Shown piece by piece: positions 12,410 to 24,528 of a stretch of DNA of 64,000 bases. The notes beneath the pieces were generated by a model. That model made no database searches. It worked only from the letters and a program-made list of their open reading frames with translations, and was not told the origin of the DNA. Origin of the DNA: Girardia tigrina (taxonomy: Eukaryota); NCBI GenBank assembly GCA_001938485.1, contig MQRK01242253.1:1-64000 (forward strand), read 5' to 3'. The position numbers and the translations under genes were made by a program. The stretch's first letter is position 1. Each line of letters starts with the position of its first letter.

Positions 12410-14460
12410 TTGAGTCGACTATTGGTGAACCCAAGCTTTTCAGAGAATTGCTCTATCGGTGTTAGGTCGGAGTTACGAGCAGACAATGAAAGAATTGCGG
12501 TGTTATGCTTCATTCAAATTTCGTATGCCATGTGGTCTTGTATTATCTTCTTGAAAAAGCAAATTGTTACAAAATTTCATCTGTATTTCGTTGAATTCAA
12601 TATTCCATCAATCTTTACAACTGCAGTTCTTCAACCAAACCAAATTTAAATCCAGGTCATCACCGACACAATTCTTTTTATCGATCAAGTTTGGAAATGC
12701 AGCAGTCAGCAATACGTTCTATTGAAGTCGTCGCTGATCTTAGATCTATCTCAAATGTTTCTTTGTCTTATGTAGTCGTAGTTTGTGATGCTTGGTAGAG
12801 AGTGTCATTCTAACCAATATATTAGGTTGGGGAAAAAGAAATCCATTATATTGGTGTGAAATTCAAAACTTTATTTAACATGTTTCGGATTGTCCTCTTG
12901 GAGTCAAATATAATTTTTAACCGTTTTGTTGTATAATTAGTTGCCATTTTGAAGGTAGCTTCCTAAGGCCTCTATTGTAGAAGTCTTGGTCCTTATTGAC
13001 GAAAAACTGTAGTAATCGATTTTCACAATCTTCTATTGATCCCAATTTCTTATCACTCAGGGAATTTTGCAATACGAGAAAAAGGTGGTAATCGCTTGGT
13101 TCCAGGTCCGGACCATATGGTGGATGCATTAAAACTTCTCAACCAAGCTCCCTGAGTTTTTGGCGAGTCACTACAGACGTATGTGGTCTGGCGTTGTTGT
13201 GATGGAACACAACACCTCTTCTGTTGGCCAATTCTGGTCGTTTCTCATTAATTGCTATCTTCAAACGGTCCAGTTGTTGACAGTACATATCTGAATTTAG
13301 TGTTTGGCCATACGGAAGCAACTCATAATAAATGATTCCTTTCCAGTCCCACCAAATACACAGTAGAACCTTCCTGGCCGTTAGTCCTGGTTTGGCGACC
13401 GTTTGAGGTGCTTCACCGTACTTTGACCACGATCGTTTTCGTACAGTATTGTCGTATGTGACCCATTTCTCATCCCCAGTAACCATCCGTTTAAGAAATG
13501 GGTCGATTTCATTTCGTTTGGCCAAGGCTTCGCAGATAGAAATTCGATCCATCATGTTTTTTGGTGTTAATTGGTGTGGAACCCAAACATCAAGTTTCTT
13601 TTTGAATCCTGCTTTGCCCAAATGGTTTAAAACCGTTTTGTGGTCGATCTTCAGCTCCTGTGCGATGCTACGACTACTAACATGCCGGTCAACTTAGATC
13701 CTTGCCGAGATTTTATCGACATTTTCAACGATAAGCCTGTCTGTGCGAGGTGCATCTTTAACATCAAAAATACCTCCACGAATCGACGAAACCAAAATTG
13801 CGTGTAATTAGCTGTTACAATATTGGCACTATAGATACCATTCACAATAACAGCTGCCTGGTTTGCACTTTCGCCTTCATCGAATAAAAACTGTACAATG
13901 TACCGAATTTTTTCTTTGTTGACTTCCATTTTTAACACCCTGTAACTCAGAACTGAATAAAAAAAAGCAAAAAAGAATTTTGTCAAATTACTGTGAAATG
14001 TTACCTTGACAAAGAGCATAAATTTGAAATTGTTTGATCGATAAATAATGAATTAAAATAATGGATTACTTTTTCCCCAATCTAATATTATAGAAACAAA
14101 GGACAGTGCTATAGATGATGTGTCTAGCTATACTGTTACTGTAGATGACTCAAATAGCAGTCATTATTGAAGGTGGGTAAACTGATTTGTGTGCCTTCAA
14201 TGCAGAGATATGTCTCGACAAAGCTCTGTAATCTTTGGTCAGTTCGATTTGAATCGCCTAAATGCGAGTCTCATAAAAGTTTCAAAGTATTGCACTAAAC
14301 ACATACATATGTGACATGAAGGCTTAACGTGAGTGTGTTTAATCTAATTTAATCGCACTACTTAGGTGGAGTGAAATCAAATGCAAGGCATCGACATTTT
14401 TCGTCACGGCGAAGGGCGTATATGACAAGCTCTCTGCGACTTATTTCTAGGAATCAAATA
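12410..14460 (-). mobile_element. Old Tc1 remnant interrupted by the mariner at 12822-14085
   Basis: IDGILNSTKY...FQEDNTRPH...ARNSDLTPIE (FQQDNARPH...WPARSPDLNPIE) at 12430-12620. Confidence 0.55.
12822..14085 (-). mobile_element. Full-length mariner (mellifera/capitata-like), few disablements
   Basis: TIRs TTAGGTTGGGGAAAAAG / CTTTTTCCCCAATCTAA with TA TSDs; 1264 bp; WVPHQL, TGDEKW, WWDWKG, HPPYGPDLEPSDY. Confidence 0.95.
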
Positions 14461-14652
14461 TTTTATTAAAATATTATTTTAATTAATTTCTTTGATAAGT
14501 TTTCATTGGAATTTTTAGTACATTATATTAAAATATTATGGCAAAAATATTTCAAATAAATCCTAAAATAAAATTAATATTTTTTAACAAAAAATAATAA
14601 TTTATTTGTAATAAATTACGATAATTATGAAATCTAAAAATAAATTATCAAC

Positions 14653-14714
14653 CTCGAAATTCGAAATAATAGATCGTTTATCATCCTCGTTCAAAATCGG
14701 ACTTCTAGCTGACG
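14653..14714 (-). CDS. RPRD2: RPRD2-like exon 4 (SSARSPILNEDDKRSIISNFE)
   Basis: Follows a 54-nt GT-AG intron. KRSIISNFE resembles RPRD2 KSKIVAEFR. Restores phase 0 into exon 5. Donor GTTGAT is weak. Confidence 0.7.
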
Positions 14715-14768
14715 CTTAAAAACAGACGAAAATTAAATCGATATAGGAAATAGAATTCAAGTCCCTAC

Positions 14769-14869
14769 ACAATCTGTTGATGAGTTCCTCAACGAACGAC
14801 TGCTCGTAAACACGTCTCTCCATCCAAATATTGAAAATTCGATTGACTTTATCGATAGTCGATGAATTC
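14769..14869 (-). CDS. RPRD2: RPRD2-like exon 3 (NSSTIDKVNRIFNIWMERRVYEQSFVEELINRL)
   Basis: Not in the ORF track; translated by hand. Matches the CID C-terminal motif VERIFKIWEDRNVY. AAG acceptor, GTAGGG donor. Confidence 0.85.
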
Positions 14870-15622
14870 CTTGTAAAACAATATTAAGGACAAATTGAAT
14901 TCTTTAAGTCTAAATTGGTGTTTGTTTTCCCAAAAGAAAAAGGACTTATTACTTGCCACAACAATAATTGAATTGATATAATGCAACGAAAAGAATCATC
15001 AATAAAAAGTCAAAATAGAAATTACACATAATAATAATTATGTGTCTTTTTGTGAAAAATGTGACTTCAGATAAAAATGTCAAGAGGCTTGCTTTGATTC
15101 GTGAGACATTTATATTATAATTTACGATGTCTTGCAATCAATTGCCATAACAATCTTTCTGGACGCATCTAAGAACCATGCGTGACTTAAGAACAGAATT
15201 TTATAGTAGTGCGTCTTTTGTAGAGAAACTGTGGGCTGTGTAAAGGTACTATAAATATGTGATATTGGTCCACCCTCGGTAATAGTTATGATCGCATAGC
15301 ACACTTTTTACCTGTATACGATTCTTACCATTTCCAAACCAAATAAATGATTTATATAAAAGTAATAAAACAGTAATGAAATATAAAGTGATCAAATTTA
15401 CTCTGTTGCGAAATCATCTCTGAAACGAGCTGTTTTAGAATTTGATATTATTTTCGTTCCTTTAAAAAAAATAATTCTTCAAATAAAACAATTTATAACG
15501 TGGTCAACATGAAGGGGCCGATTCTCCTCCACGACTGGAATTCTGAACTTTGTTTATTGTTTTGAAAATATTTATTCGGTCTGACAAATTTGCTAGAATT
15601 TCTGTATGTGTAACACTTAATA

Positions 15623-16864
15623 TCGGGTGCACGAAAAAAACCGACCACTTTAAATTTGACAATTATTTTGCTTTTTTCACTTTGTATTTTTTTATCTTGG
15701 TTTTTACACATTGTATTTTTGTCACTCTAAATAAATTTATACATATCAATTTATTGTATTTGTTTATTAGCATGTCTGAATACAGGAAAGCAATTATAAA
15801 GTTACATCTACAAAGAAAATTCGAGCGCCAAATTGCTGAATCGCTTGGTGTACCAAAAACCAAACTGCATGATATTATTTCCCAATTCAATGAAACTGGT
15901 ATAAATCAGCGTAGCCCTGGAAGTGGACGCCCCAGAACGGCGAAAACGAAAGCCAACGTGCGTAGCATCAAGGGAAGAATCAAGCGAAACTCAAACAGCC
16001 GGAAGAACTCGACCAGAGAGATTGGCAAGGCATTGGGCATATCAGATGGATCAGTCCGGAACATACTTCACAAAGACCTTGGGATGAAGTCAAGAAAAAA
16101 GGCTAAGTGGCAGTTTTTGATCCGAAGTGCTAAACAAAAAAGCCTGGATCGATGAAAAAGGTTAAAAAGAAGATTCGTGGCCGGAAGACATCGCTCAATC
16201 CTCTTCACTGATGAAAAGTTGTTCAAAGACGAACAAAGCTTCAACTCCCAAAACCATCGCGATTGGTCAGTTGAGCCCCTCCCACTGGAGCAGCGCATTA
16301 TCTCCCGCCAGCAAAAGCCGAGGCAAATCATGGCTTGGACCGGGATCCATTGGTCAAAGGGCAAGACACCTCTTGTGTTCATTGCCGAAGGTGTCAAAGT
16401 TGATGGTCGGGTGTACCGAGAAATGTTGGAAGATAAAGTTTTTCCGTGGACAAGAAAGTCGTTTGGAGACGAGCACTGACATTCCCAAGAGGAGAAAATC
16501 CAATCGAAAATGGTATTCCATTCAGCTGCTTTCATATTTCCGGAATAAGTATGTTTGATGTTCTCATAATCTTTAATGATCCAATCCTCCCACTTCCTGC
16601 ACAATTTCGATTTGAACGAACGGTTAACAGTAAGAACTAATGGCTGCACCTTTGATGTCAATCCGGCAGGTATGAAAGCTTCTTTGGATTCCTTCTTAAT
16701 GTTATCAAGTGACAAGATGTGAGCGACACAAATGGTGCAGCTAATACGCGCTGCAGCTTATACGACTAAAAAATACACTTTCATAAAAACGTTCTCTGCA
16801 GCTTATGTTCGGGATTTTACAGTAATTGTCAAATTTAAAGTGGTCGGTTTTTTTGTGCACCCTG
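15623..16864 (+). mobile_element. Tc1/mariner maT (DD37D-like) element with its 3' transposase part replaced
   Basis: ~43-bp TIRs (GGGTGCAC..AAAAAACCGACCACTTTAAATTTGACAATTA), TA TSDs; PGSGRPRTA, LFTDEKLF, MAWTGI..GKTPLVFI.EGVKVD. Confidence 0.88.
16478..16777 (-). mobile_element. pogo-type fragment (DDE_1 piece plus terminal repeat) inside the maT
   Basis: IPAGLTSKVQPLVLTVNRSFK (IPGGLTS.LQPLDVSVNKPFK); GCAGCTTATACG..AAAAATAC pogo-like terminus. Confidence 0.7.
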
Positions 16865-17577
16865 TAATTCTGACTGAAGTAGGATGAGAATTTGGATTTG
16901 AAACTGTACTTCTTTTTATTTTCAAAGTGAGTTTTAATTAAAATTTTTGAAGTATCACCAAAGTGTGTATGTTTGGTACTCCGATACACAGTCACGCCAT
17001 TTTCTACATCAAAGTTCGTTATGGTGTCAAAAACCTCTGATAACTTACGTTGGAACATCCAGTGTGACAATCGATCACCTGAAAAAGTTCTTCTATTTAT
17101 TCAGTTTTTGTGTTTAAATATTAACTTATTTGTGTTTAATTCTTGAAACTCTCTTTGTGTTTGTAAATTGTGAATAAATTTCTATTTCTCTGCATTCATT
17201 TCAAAAAGTGCAAATTCAATATTTTCCTGTTCCTGATTGATTTTTCGAATTGTATTGGCATTCATAGCTGCATCTCCGAGAATATTTTAAAAAGTCCCAA
17301 AATGTATACCAATTTCTTGTCAATGTGCCAGCATTATAATTTTGATCAAATTTTTATACGAAGTGTCTAGGCACCAATTACTTATATATTTAAAATAAAT
17401 TAATTAAAATTAATTTGGATAAGAAAGTCTATTGATATGCCAAGCATTTTGAAATAAAAATGACACAGAGAAAGACCAAAAGAGTTTTTTCTTTAATTAG
17501 TGTAAAAAAAATCCTTTTCTACTTGGTTAACAAACAAAATCTGTATTTGTTCATGTTAATTATAAACCACATTTTAC

Positions 17578-17704
17578 TTGATTAAATCCAACGAAGGAAT
17601 TAATTGAAGTTTCCAGGATTGTTTAAAATTATTACAACCGTAATTTCTCGATTGTAACATTTCATTGGCGATATAAAATAACGACACTTTCAATTGTTCC
17701 GAGG
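17578..17704 (-). CDS. RPRD2: RPRD2-like exon 2 (ASEQLKVSLFYIANEMLQSRNYGCNNFKQSWKLQLIPSLDLIK)
   Basis: CID motif LFYLANDVIQ-like; CAG acceptor and GTAAAA donor; phases 1->2 consistent. Confidence 0.85.
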
Positions 17705-19413
17705 CTGAATTTTCGTTAAAGATTAATATGGTAAAATTATTATTAATATGAGAAATTTTTCCGCATACACCTTCGAAAAGTAATTGTTTTTTTAAAATTA
17801 ATAAAAAATAAATATTGAAAGAACACACGGCAAAGGTCATTAAAATATTAATAAAATTAATAATTTACTGTGGATAACCCACACATTTGTATAACCCGCA
17901 TCTCAATTTTTGATCATCAAATTCCTTTTGAATATTAAGTTCTTGTATAAATTAAATAATGTATAATCTTTTAATCTTTTTCCACCGTATTACCCGCGGA
18001 AAATACACAGTAAATAATGATTTTAAAAAAATAATTATTAATAAAATTATAATAATACATTTTGATGTAATTCAAAACTCTCAAAAAAATAATTAAAAAG
18101 ATTTTAGAGATAAAGATACAAATTGCTAAAGCGTTTCAATGTGTATTAGTGATCCTTAATTAATTATTTATTCAAAAATAACTAAATAAAAATAAATTCA
18201 AAGTAATAAAAAATACTAAAATATCATACAGAAACAAAAATTATAAATAAATTTTCACAAAAAAAATATGAAATATTACAAAAAAATATTTTATTATTAT
18301 TTTAATTTTTAATAATATATTTAGAAAATTATTTAAACAAATTAATTAATAAAATAGTATTTCGTAAAAATTAATTTATTTTTTGTCATTATTGTAATTG
18401 TTATTTAATTTTTTTCTTATATAAAAAGTAAATTAAAAATAAATATTAAAATTACAAAAATGTATAAAAACTATTTCTTAATCAAGTTTAAATTAATCGA
18501 AGCGGAATTAATCTCCCAAGTTGATACCATACAGAAACAATTGTGTCCTACGATTTGTAAAATTTATTTCGATGTTTTGTGTTGAAATAAACCATTAAAT
18601 TCAAGGATAATGAATCAGTAATATTTATAAAAATATTAATTAGATTTATTAATTAAATATTTATGTAAAAATAACTAAATAATAAAAAAATTAACCGTAA
18701 TAAAAAACTAAAAATTATCAAAAGTTATTTTCAAACATTAAAATCAAAATTTAAAAATAATTTTCACAAAAATTTAATACATCTTTAAAAAATATATTGT
18801 ATTTCTTAATTCAAAATTTATTATAAAAATATTAAATTATTTTGAAGAAATTAATTTTTTAAAAATATTTTTTTCAAATAAAAAAATAAAATTATTTGTT
18901 TTATTATTAAAAAATTACCTTAAATTTTTATTTTCAAATTATTATAAAATTAATTAAATTGTCACATATATTTATTAATTTTAATTATTTCTAAAAAAAG
19001 TAAAAATAAATTGAACGTAATAAAAATAACTAAAAATTTATAGAAAAAAAGTCAAAAATTATAAATAAATTTTCACAAAAAATATTAAATATTCAAAAAA
19101 AATATTTTTATTACCAAAATAAATTACAAAAATCGATAAAAAATATTTCTGAATCAAATTGAAATTAATAAATATGGAATTAATCCCGCAAAATTTGAAA
19201 TAATCATTGAAGAACATCGATTTACCAGAACACAGTGTTTGATACCACACAGAAATGATTTTATCAGACGATTTGTAAAATTGGTACAAATATTTCGATG
19301 TTTTGTGTTTTAATATACCATTAAATTCTAACATAATTAAAAAGTAATACTGATACAAAATTAATCAGATCTTAGCCTATTATTTTTTAATTATATATTT
19401 ATTCAAAAATAGG

Positions 19414-20307
19414 AGATCGAATCACTCAGTATCTTGATTGCACAGTGCACATAGATGTTGAGTGTCAATATGCACATTCGAGAGACCGATTTGATCTACA
19501 AGTGTATGTAAAAGGGTCGAAGCACTTGTATTTATAGACATAAAGTGTCCGTATGATACAGAAAAAGAATATAGAAATGTCAGGAATCTCGATCACTACG
19601 AGAACATGGCGGTGACGTGTCGTCTTGCTATGCCTAAGACAACGTTATCGGTGCATACTCTCCAGATTGGCGCTCTAGGAGGAGAATCACCGATATCCTG
19701 ACAATCTTAAAGATACCACCAAAGGAGATACGGAAAATTTCCATTAGCTGCTCAGCATCAAATGTAAAATACTCGATATAACAATGGTTTTATCACCGAG
19801 ATGGTGTGATGGAGGAACAAAAAGAATAAGAAAAATAGTAGTCGAAGAAATAGAGGAGCCTCAGGAATCAATGCTCATGATAGAAGAGATGGAATATGAA
19901 CATGTGGAACCTGAGGTCACCGAGGACTTTGATCCAGCGGTCCTGGATGCACTCTTACAATCATGCAATTATAGGATTAGAATGCAGCAGGGGAAGGAAG
20001 AGGGTGAAGCCCGGGGCCATGAATCATCCGAAGACGAAGTCTCTTTCCCAAACAGGAGGCGCGATGGAGACTCGTCTGGGGATGAAAACAACCAATCACT
20101 GGAGGAAGAGTTATCATCCGATGATGAGTTTATGGGGTTTGAGTGAAAGTGTCGGACTTGGCGGAAACGATCACTAGATTGAAGGGTGCGGAGAAGGCCG
20201 TGAGTATAGAACCCCTGTGAAAAACAGGGCACATGTTGAGGACGGCCTCGTTCCGAAACATGGTGCGAATCTATTCATGTACCAACCGGGCATTTTGCTC
20301 ACTTACA
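19414..20307 (+). mobile_element. 5'-truncated RLE-type non-LTR retrotransposon (NeSL/Utopia/R2-like)
   Basis: RFDLQV...DIKCPYD...Y..MA...LQIGALG restriction-like endonuclease motifs; flanked by the direct repeat AAAAATAGG (19405-19413 and 20308-20316). Confidence 0.75.
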
Positions 20308-21717
20308 AAAAATAGGTCAGAGAAATTAGTGATTGTGTAATCATTCTAGATATTTTTGGTTATGATACTTTAAAAAAATTTTCTTGGTATACTGATAATA
20401 TTTTATATATTGTCTTATTTTTATATTTGCTGGGGCCCATATAAAACTATACCCTAAATTTCTGAAATTATAAAATCAAAAATTACTAACAATACCCACA
20501 AAAAATTTATTTGACAAATTAAAATTATTTTGAAGAAATTAATTTTTTAAAAAATATTTAAATTCAAAAATATTTATTTAAACATTTTTTTAAATTAATT
20601 AAATCATTACATATTTATTTTTAATTAAATATTAATTTTTAAATAATTAAAATAAATTAAACGTAAATAAATTCAAAAATTATAAATATATTTTCACAAA
20701 AATTTTTTTGCAAAATATTTTATTATTTTTTTAATTTTAATTATATATTTTGTAAAATTACTAAAAAAAAATTATTTGTAGAAATTTATTATTTTTTTAA
20801 TATTTTTATTTTGATGTTTTTTCTTAAATAAAAAATTAATAAAAAATCAATAATGTCAGACGATTTGTAAAATTGGTGCAATTGTTTCGTTGTTTTGTGT
20901 TTAAATAAACTATAAAATTATAATATAATTATAAAGTAATACAAAAAGAAAATTTATTTATACTTAATTTAACTGTTTTTATTAAATATTTGTTTAAATA
21001 TAATAAAAATTATTAAAACATAAAAATACTAAAAATTCTTACATAAATCAAAAAATATAAACAAAAATGTGATTTCAGTTAAAAAATGAAAATTATTTTT
21101 TGTTACTAAAAATGAATTTAAAAATTTTTTTCTAATTAAAACTTAATTAATTATATTTTGTATTTTTACTTACTTATTAATTAATCACTTATTTTAAATG
21201 AAAAAAAAATAATAAAAATAAATAAGTCGTAAAAAAAATATACTAAATTAAAAAAACATTAAAAATGATAAATAAATTTTGACAAAAAATATAGAATATT
21301 TTTAAAAAAATATTTTATTTTTTTAAACTTTTAAATTAATATATTTAGTAAAATTATAAAAATTTTAGTAAAATTTTTATAAAGATATTTCTTAAAAAAA
21401 TTATAAACTTTTTATTCAGTAGTTAAATTTTTATTTAGTTTTTTCCTAAAAAAATTAAAATAAATTAAGAAAATCAATAAAAAAAATTTTATTTTTAATT
21501 ATTTATATCAAAATAATAAAAATACATAGAACATAAATAAAATTCAGAAAATCTAAAATCAAAATTATAAATATATTGTCACAAAAAAAATATGAAATAT
21601 TCTTTAAAAATATTATTCTTTTCTTTAACTTTTAAACTATATATTTAGTAAAATTTTAATAACGAAATTTCTTAAAATTTTATATTTTTTTTACTTTACT
21701 AGACAAATTTTTATTTA

Positions 21718-21884
21718 CCGTAATTTTCGCACTATAAGACCCTATTATAAACAGCACATTGCCTGCTTTTCCAAAAAAAACATTATAAAACAAATAAAAA
21801 CATTACAAAAACGTATAAGCCGCAACTCTTAAATTATGACTCATTTCAGGTTTTTAAGTGCGGCTTATAGTTCGGAATTTACGG
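21718..21884. mobile_element. pogo/Tigger-type MITE
   Basis: TA-CCGTAATTTTCGCACTATAAG ... CTTATAGTTCGGAATTTACGG-TA. A related MITE lies at ~17866-18011. Confidence 0.75.
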
Positions 21885-22300
21885 TATTTTTTTTCTAAAA
21901 AATTAAAATAAAATTCGAAAATCAATAAAAAAATGTTTTATTTTTAATTAATTATTTATATAAAAATAAATTGGGCGTAAAAAAATTCAAAAAATCTAAA
22001 ATCAAAATTATAAATATATTTACACTAAAATATTATGAAATATTCCGAAAAAAAGTATTTTATTTTTAGTTGCATATTTTATAGAATGATTGAATTTTTA
22101 AAAAAATTAATTGATGATAAAATATTCATAATTATTTATAATACGTTATTTTTCATTATTTAAAATGTTTATTTAATTTTTTTCTTAAAAAATTAAATGG
22201 CAAAAAAAGATAAAAAAAAATTCTGAATCAAATCGAAATTAATCAATACGGAATTAATCTCCCAAAAATTGTTAATAATCGTCATAGAACATCGATTTAC

Positions 22301-22457
22301 CCGAACACAGTGTTTGATACCACAGAGAAACGATTGTGTCGGACGATTTGTAAAATTGGTACAAATATTTCGACGTCTTCTGTATGCAGAGCGCCGTCAC
22401 CGAAAGCGTTTTCAATTTCCTTACAATTTTATCTTTATCCAATTTCATTTTGCTCAT
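22301..22457 (-). CDS. RPRD2: RPRD2/RPRD1-like CID protein, coding exon 1 (MSKMKLDKDKIVRKLKTLSVTALCIQKTSKYLYQFYKSSDTIVSLWYQTLCS)
   Basis: ATG at 22457. Sequence fits the CID N-terminal helices (KL..LS.T...IQ..S.....Y......IV..W). GTAAAT donor at 22300, phase 1, joins exon 2 in frame. Confidence 0.85.
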
Positions 22458-23273
22458 TTTAACGATTTTATCAAATTTACGGAGACATATACAAACAATT
22501 TCAAATGACAAAGAATATTAAAACAACATTTTTTTATTTTTTTAATTGAGATAAATATTTTATTTTATATAGACTTTTTTTAACTTTAGATGTTTTTCTA
22601 GGAAATTACGTTTGGGTATTTTTGAAAAAAAAGGGAGATGTTTGAAGGGTATAGTTTGTTTTCCAAAAAAATCTGTTTCTTGAACGACTGTTTTTATTCC
22701 TTATTTTCTGTCAAACACTGTGATGTATTACTTATGTATAAAACTCTAATTCGTAACTTTACAATCATGCTGGAATACTAGTTATTGGAAATTTTGTATA
22801 TATGTTTATACCACCTCACAAATTTTTGTTAAAAGAAAGAGCGAATAAAAATTTATGGACCAACCTGAGCTTTATGATATAGAAAAAAATGAAAACAATC
22901 AATTAAGAACAATAAGAAAAGAATAAGCGAGGAATTAATATAGGAAATCCAATAATAGATCGCTTAGCATTTTCAAAAAAATTAATTTTGTGTCATTAGA
23001 CAATACTGTAAAGCAGTTCTTTAAATTTTTTAATCATACTTTTTTTTAAATTATGAGTTTTTTATATGTAATTTTTCAATTTAACATTAAAACAGAAATT
23101 TATAGATACAATAACCTAGGTTGATTTATTATAATTAGTCGATTTATTAGTTGATTTACTATAATTGTATCAAGTCTTATGGTAATAAGTGCAATGTTTC
23201 TTTTGTTATTTCACGTATTGGACAAAGACGAAACGAATTTATTGAAATAACTTTTGTTAAAATTTTGCAACTA

Positions 23274-24528
23274 TTTGGTTGACCAAAGTCATTGCGTTTT
23301 TGAGTACATCCTAATAAAAAGTTTGAAAAATAAAACGATGTGATAAAATTTAAATGCAATTATATATTCTGAAACCTTAATTTTCAGACTATGTTTATAC
23401 AAAATAATAATTGATTTTGTTTTTATTTATTACTTTACCGTCAATTCGAAATGGAAAATCAAAATGAGCATATTCGTCATGTTTTGTTGCATTATTTTCG
23501 CAAAGGGAAAACCGATGTGCAAGCTCATAAGAAGATATGTTTTGTATATGGTAGTGACTCCTTAAAACTTAAAATTTCGTTCTGAAAAATTTCATCTGAA
23601 AGATGCACCACGCTCCGGTCGACCAGTTGAAGTTGATGGCGACAAAATAACGGCACTGATCAAATCTAATCCACATATGACGACTAGAGAAGTTGCAGAG
23701 ACTCTGGAAATATCAAAATCAAGTGTTGGAAGTAATTTAAAGAAACTTGGATTCGTCAGTAAACTCGATATGTGGTTACCACATGAACTGAAAGAAATTC
23801 ATTTGGTGAAACGTATAGACATTTGCGATTCCCTTTTGAAGCGAGAACAAAGTGATCATTTTTGAAGCGCTTGATTACGGGTGACNNNNNNNNNNNNNNN
23901 NNNNNNNNNNNNNNNNNNNNNNNNNNNNNNNNNNNNNNNNNNNNNNNNNNNNNNNNNNNNNNNNNNNNNNNNNNNNNNNNNNNNNNNNNNNNNNNNNNNN
24001 NNNNNCTGGTGGGATTTTAAAGGAATTGTGTTTTTTGAACTCCTTCCGAGGAATGAAACCATCAATTCAGACAGATATTGTGGTCAACTGGAGAAATTGG
24101 CTCATTCAATTCAACAGGAACGTCGTAAATTGGCAAATCGAAAAGGAGTTGTAAATCAGCATGATAACGCAAGATCGCATATAAGTTTGTCCACTGGTCA
24201 GAAACTCTAATCACTGGGTTGGGAGGTTTTGCCGCACCCACCGTATTCTCCAGACTTGACCCCATCGGATTTTACTTATTTAGATCACTGCAGAATTCCT
24301 TAAACAGAAAAAACATTCGCCAATGATCATGACATCAAATAATTCCTAGACGGCTTTTTTTGCTGACAAAAGGCAAAGGTTTTTTATGAATCAGGAATAA
24401 TGAAGCTACCGGAAAGGTGGAAGAAAGTGATTGAAAACAATGGACAGTATATCGTGTAAAAATAAATATGTCATTTTTTGATAATAAATATTTTAGTAAA
24501 AAACGCAATGACTTTTTGGCCAACCCAA
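23274..24528 (+). mobile_element. Full-length mellifera-type mariner, disabled, contains an assembly gap
   Basis: TIRs TT(T/G)GGTTG.CCAAA..GTCATTGCGTTTTT with TA TSD; MENQNEHIRHVLLHYFRKGK, WLPHEL, WWDFKG, HPPYSPDL. A ~75-bp piece recurs at ~25905-25982. Confidence 0.92.

Larger units (their letters stand above)
14950..17370 (-). mobile_element. Penelope-like (RT + GIY-YIG) remnant split by the maT insertion
   Basis: VFDT...TVYRSTKHT (FLD...TVYRKPTHT) at ~16960-17030; degenerate CxxC-containing GIY-YIG-like segment at ~15100-15320. Confidence 0.45.
18020..22260. repeat. Degenerate tandem duplications containing copies of the RPRD2-like exon 1 3' end
   Basis: CGATTTGTAAAATT(GGT)...TTTCGATGTTTTGTG recurs at ~18550, ~19270 and ~20860, versus the true exon at ~22345. 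Confidence 0.8.

Noticed and set aside
20317-20370. ATTTTTGG Sm-like site next to the RLE element, suggesting an SL or snRNA target
   Set aside because: No recognisable SL exon, donor or snRNA stem pattern; the motif is expected by chance in AT-rich DNA.
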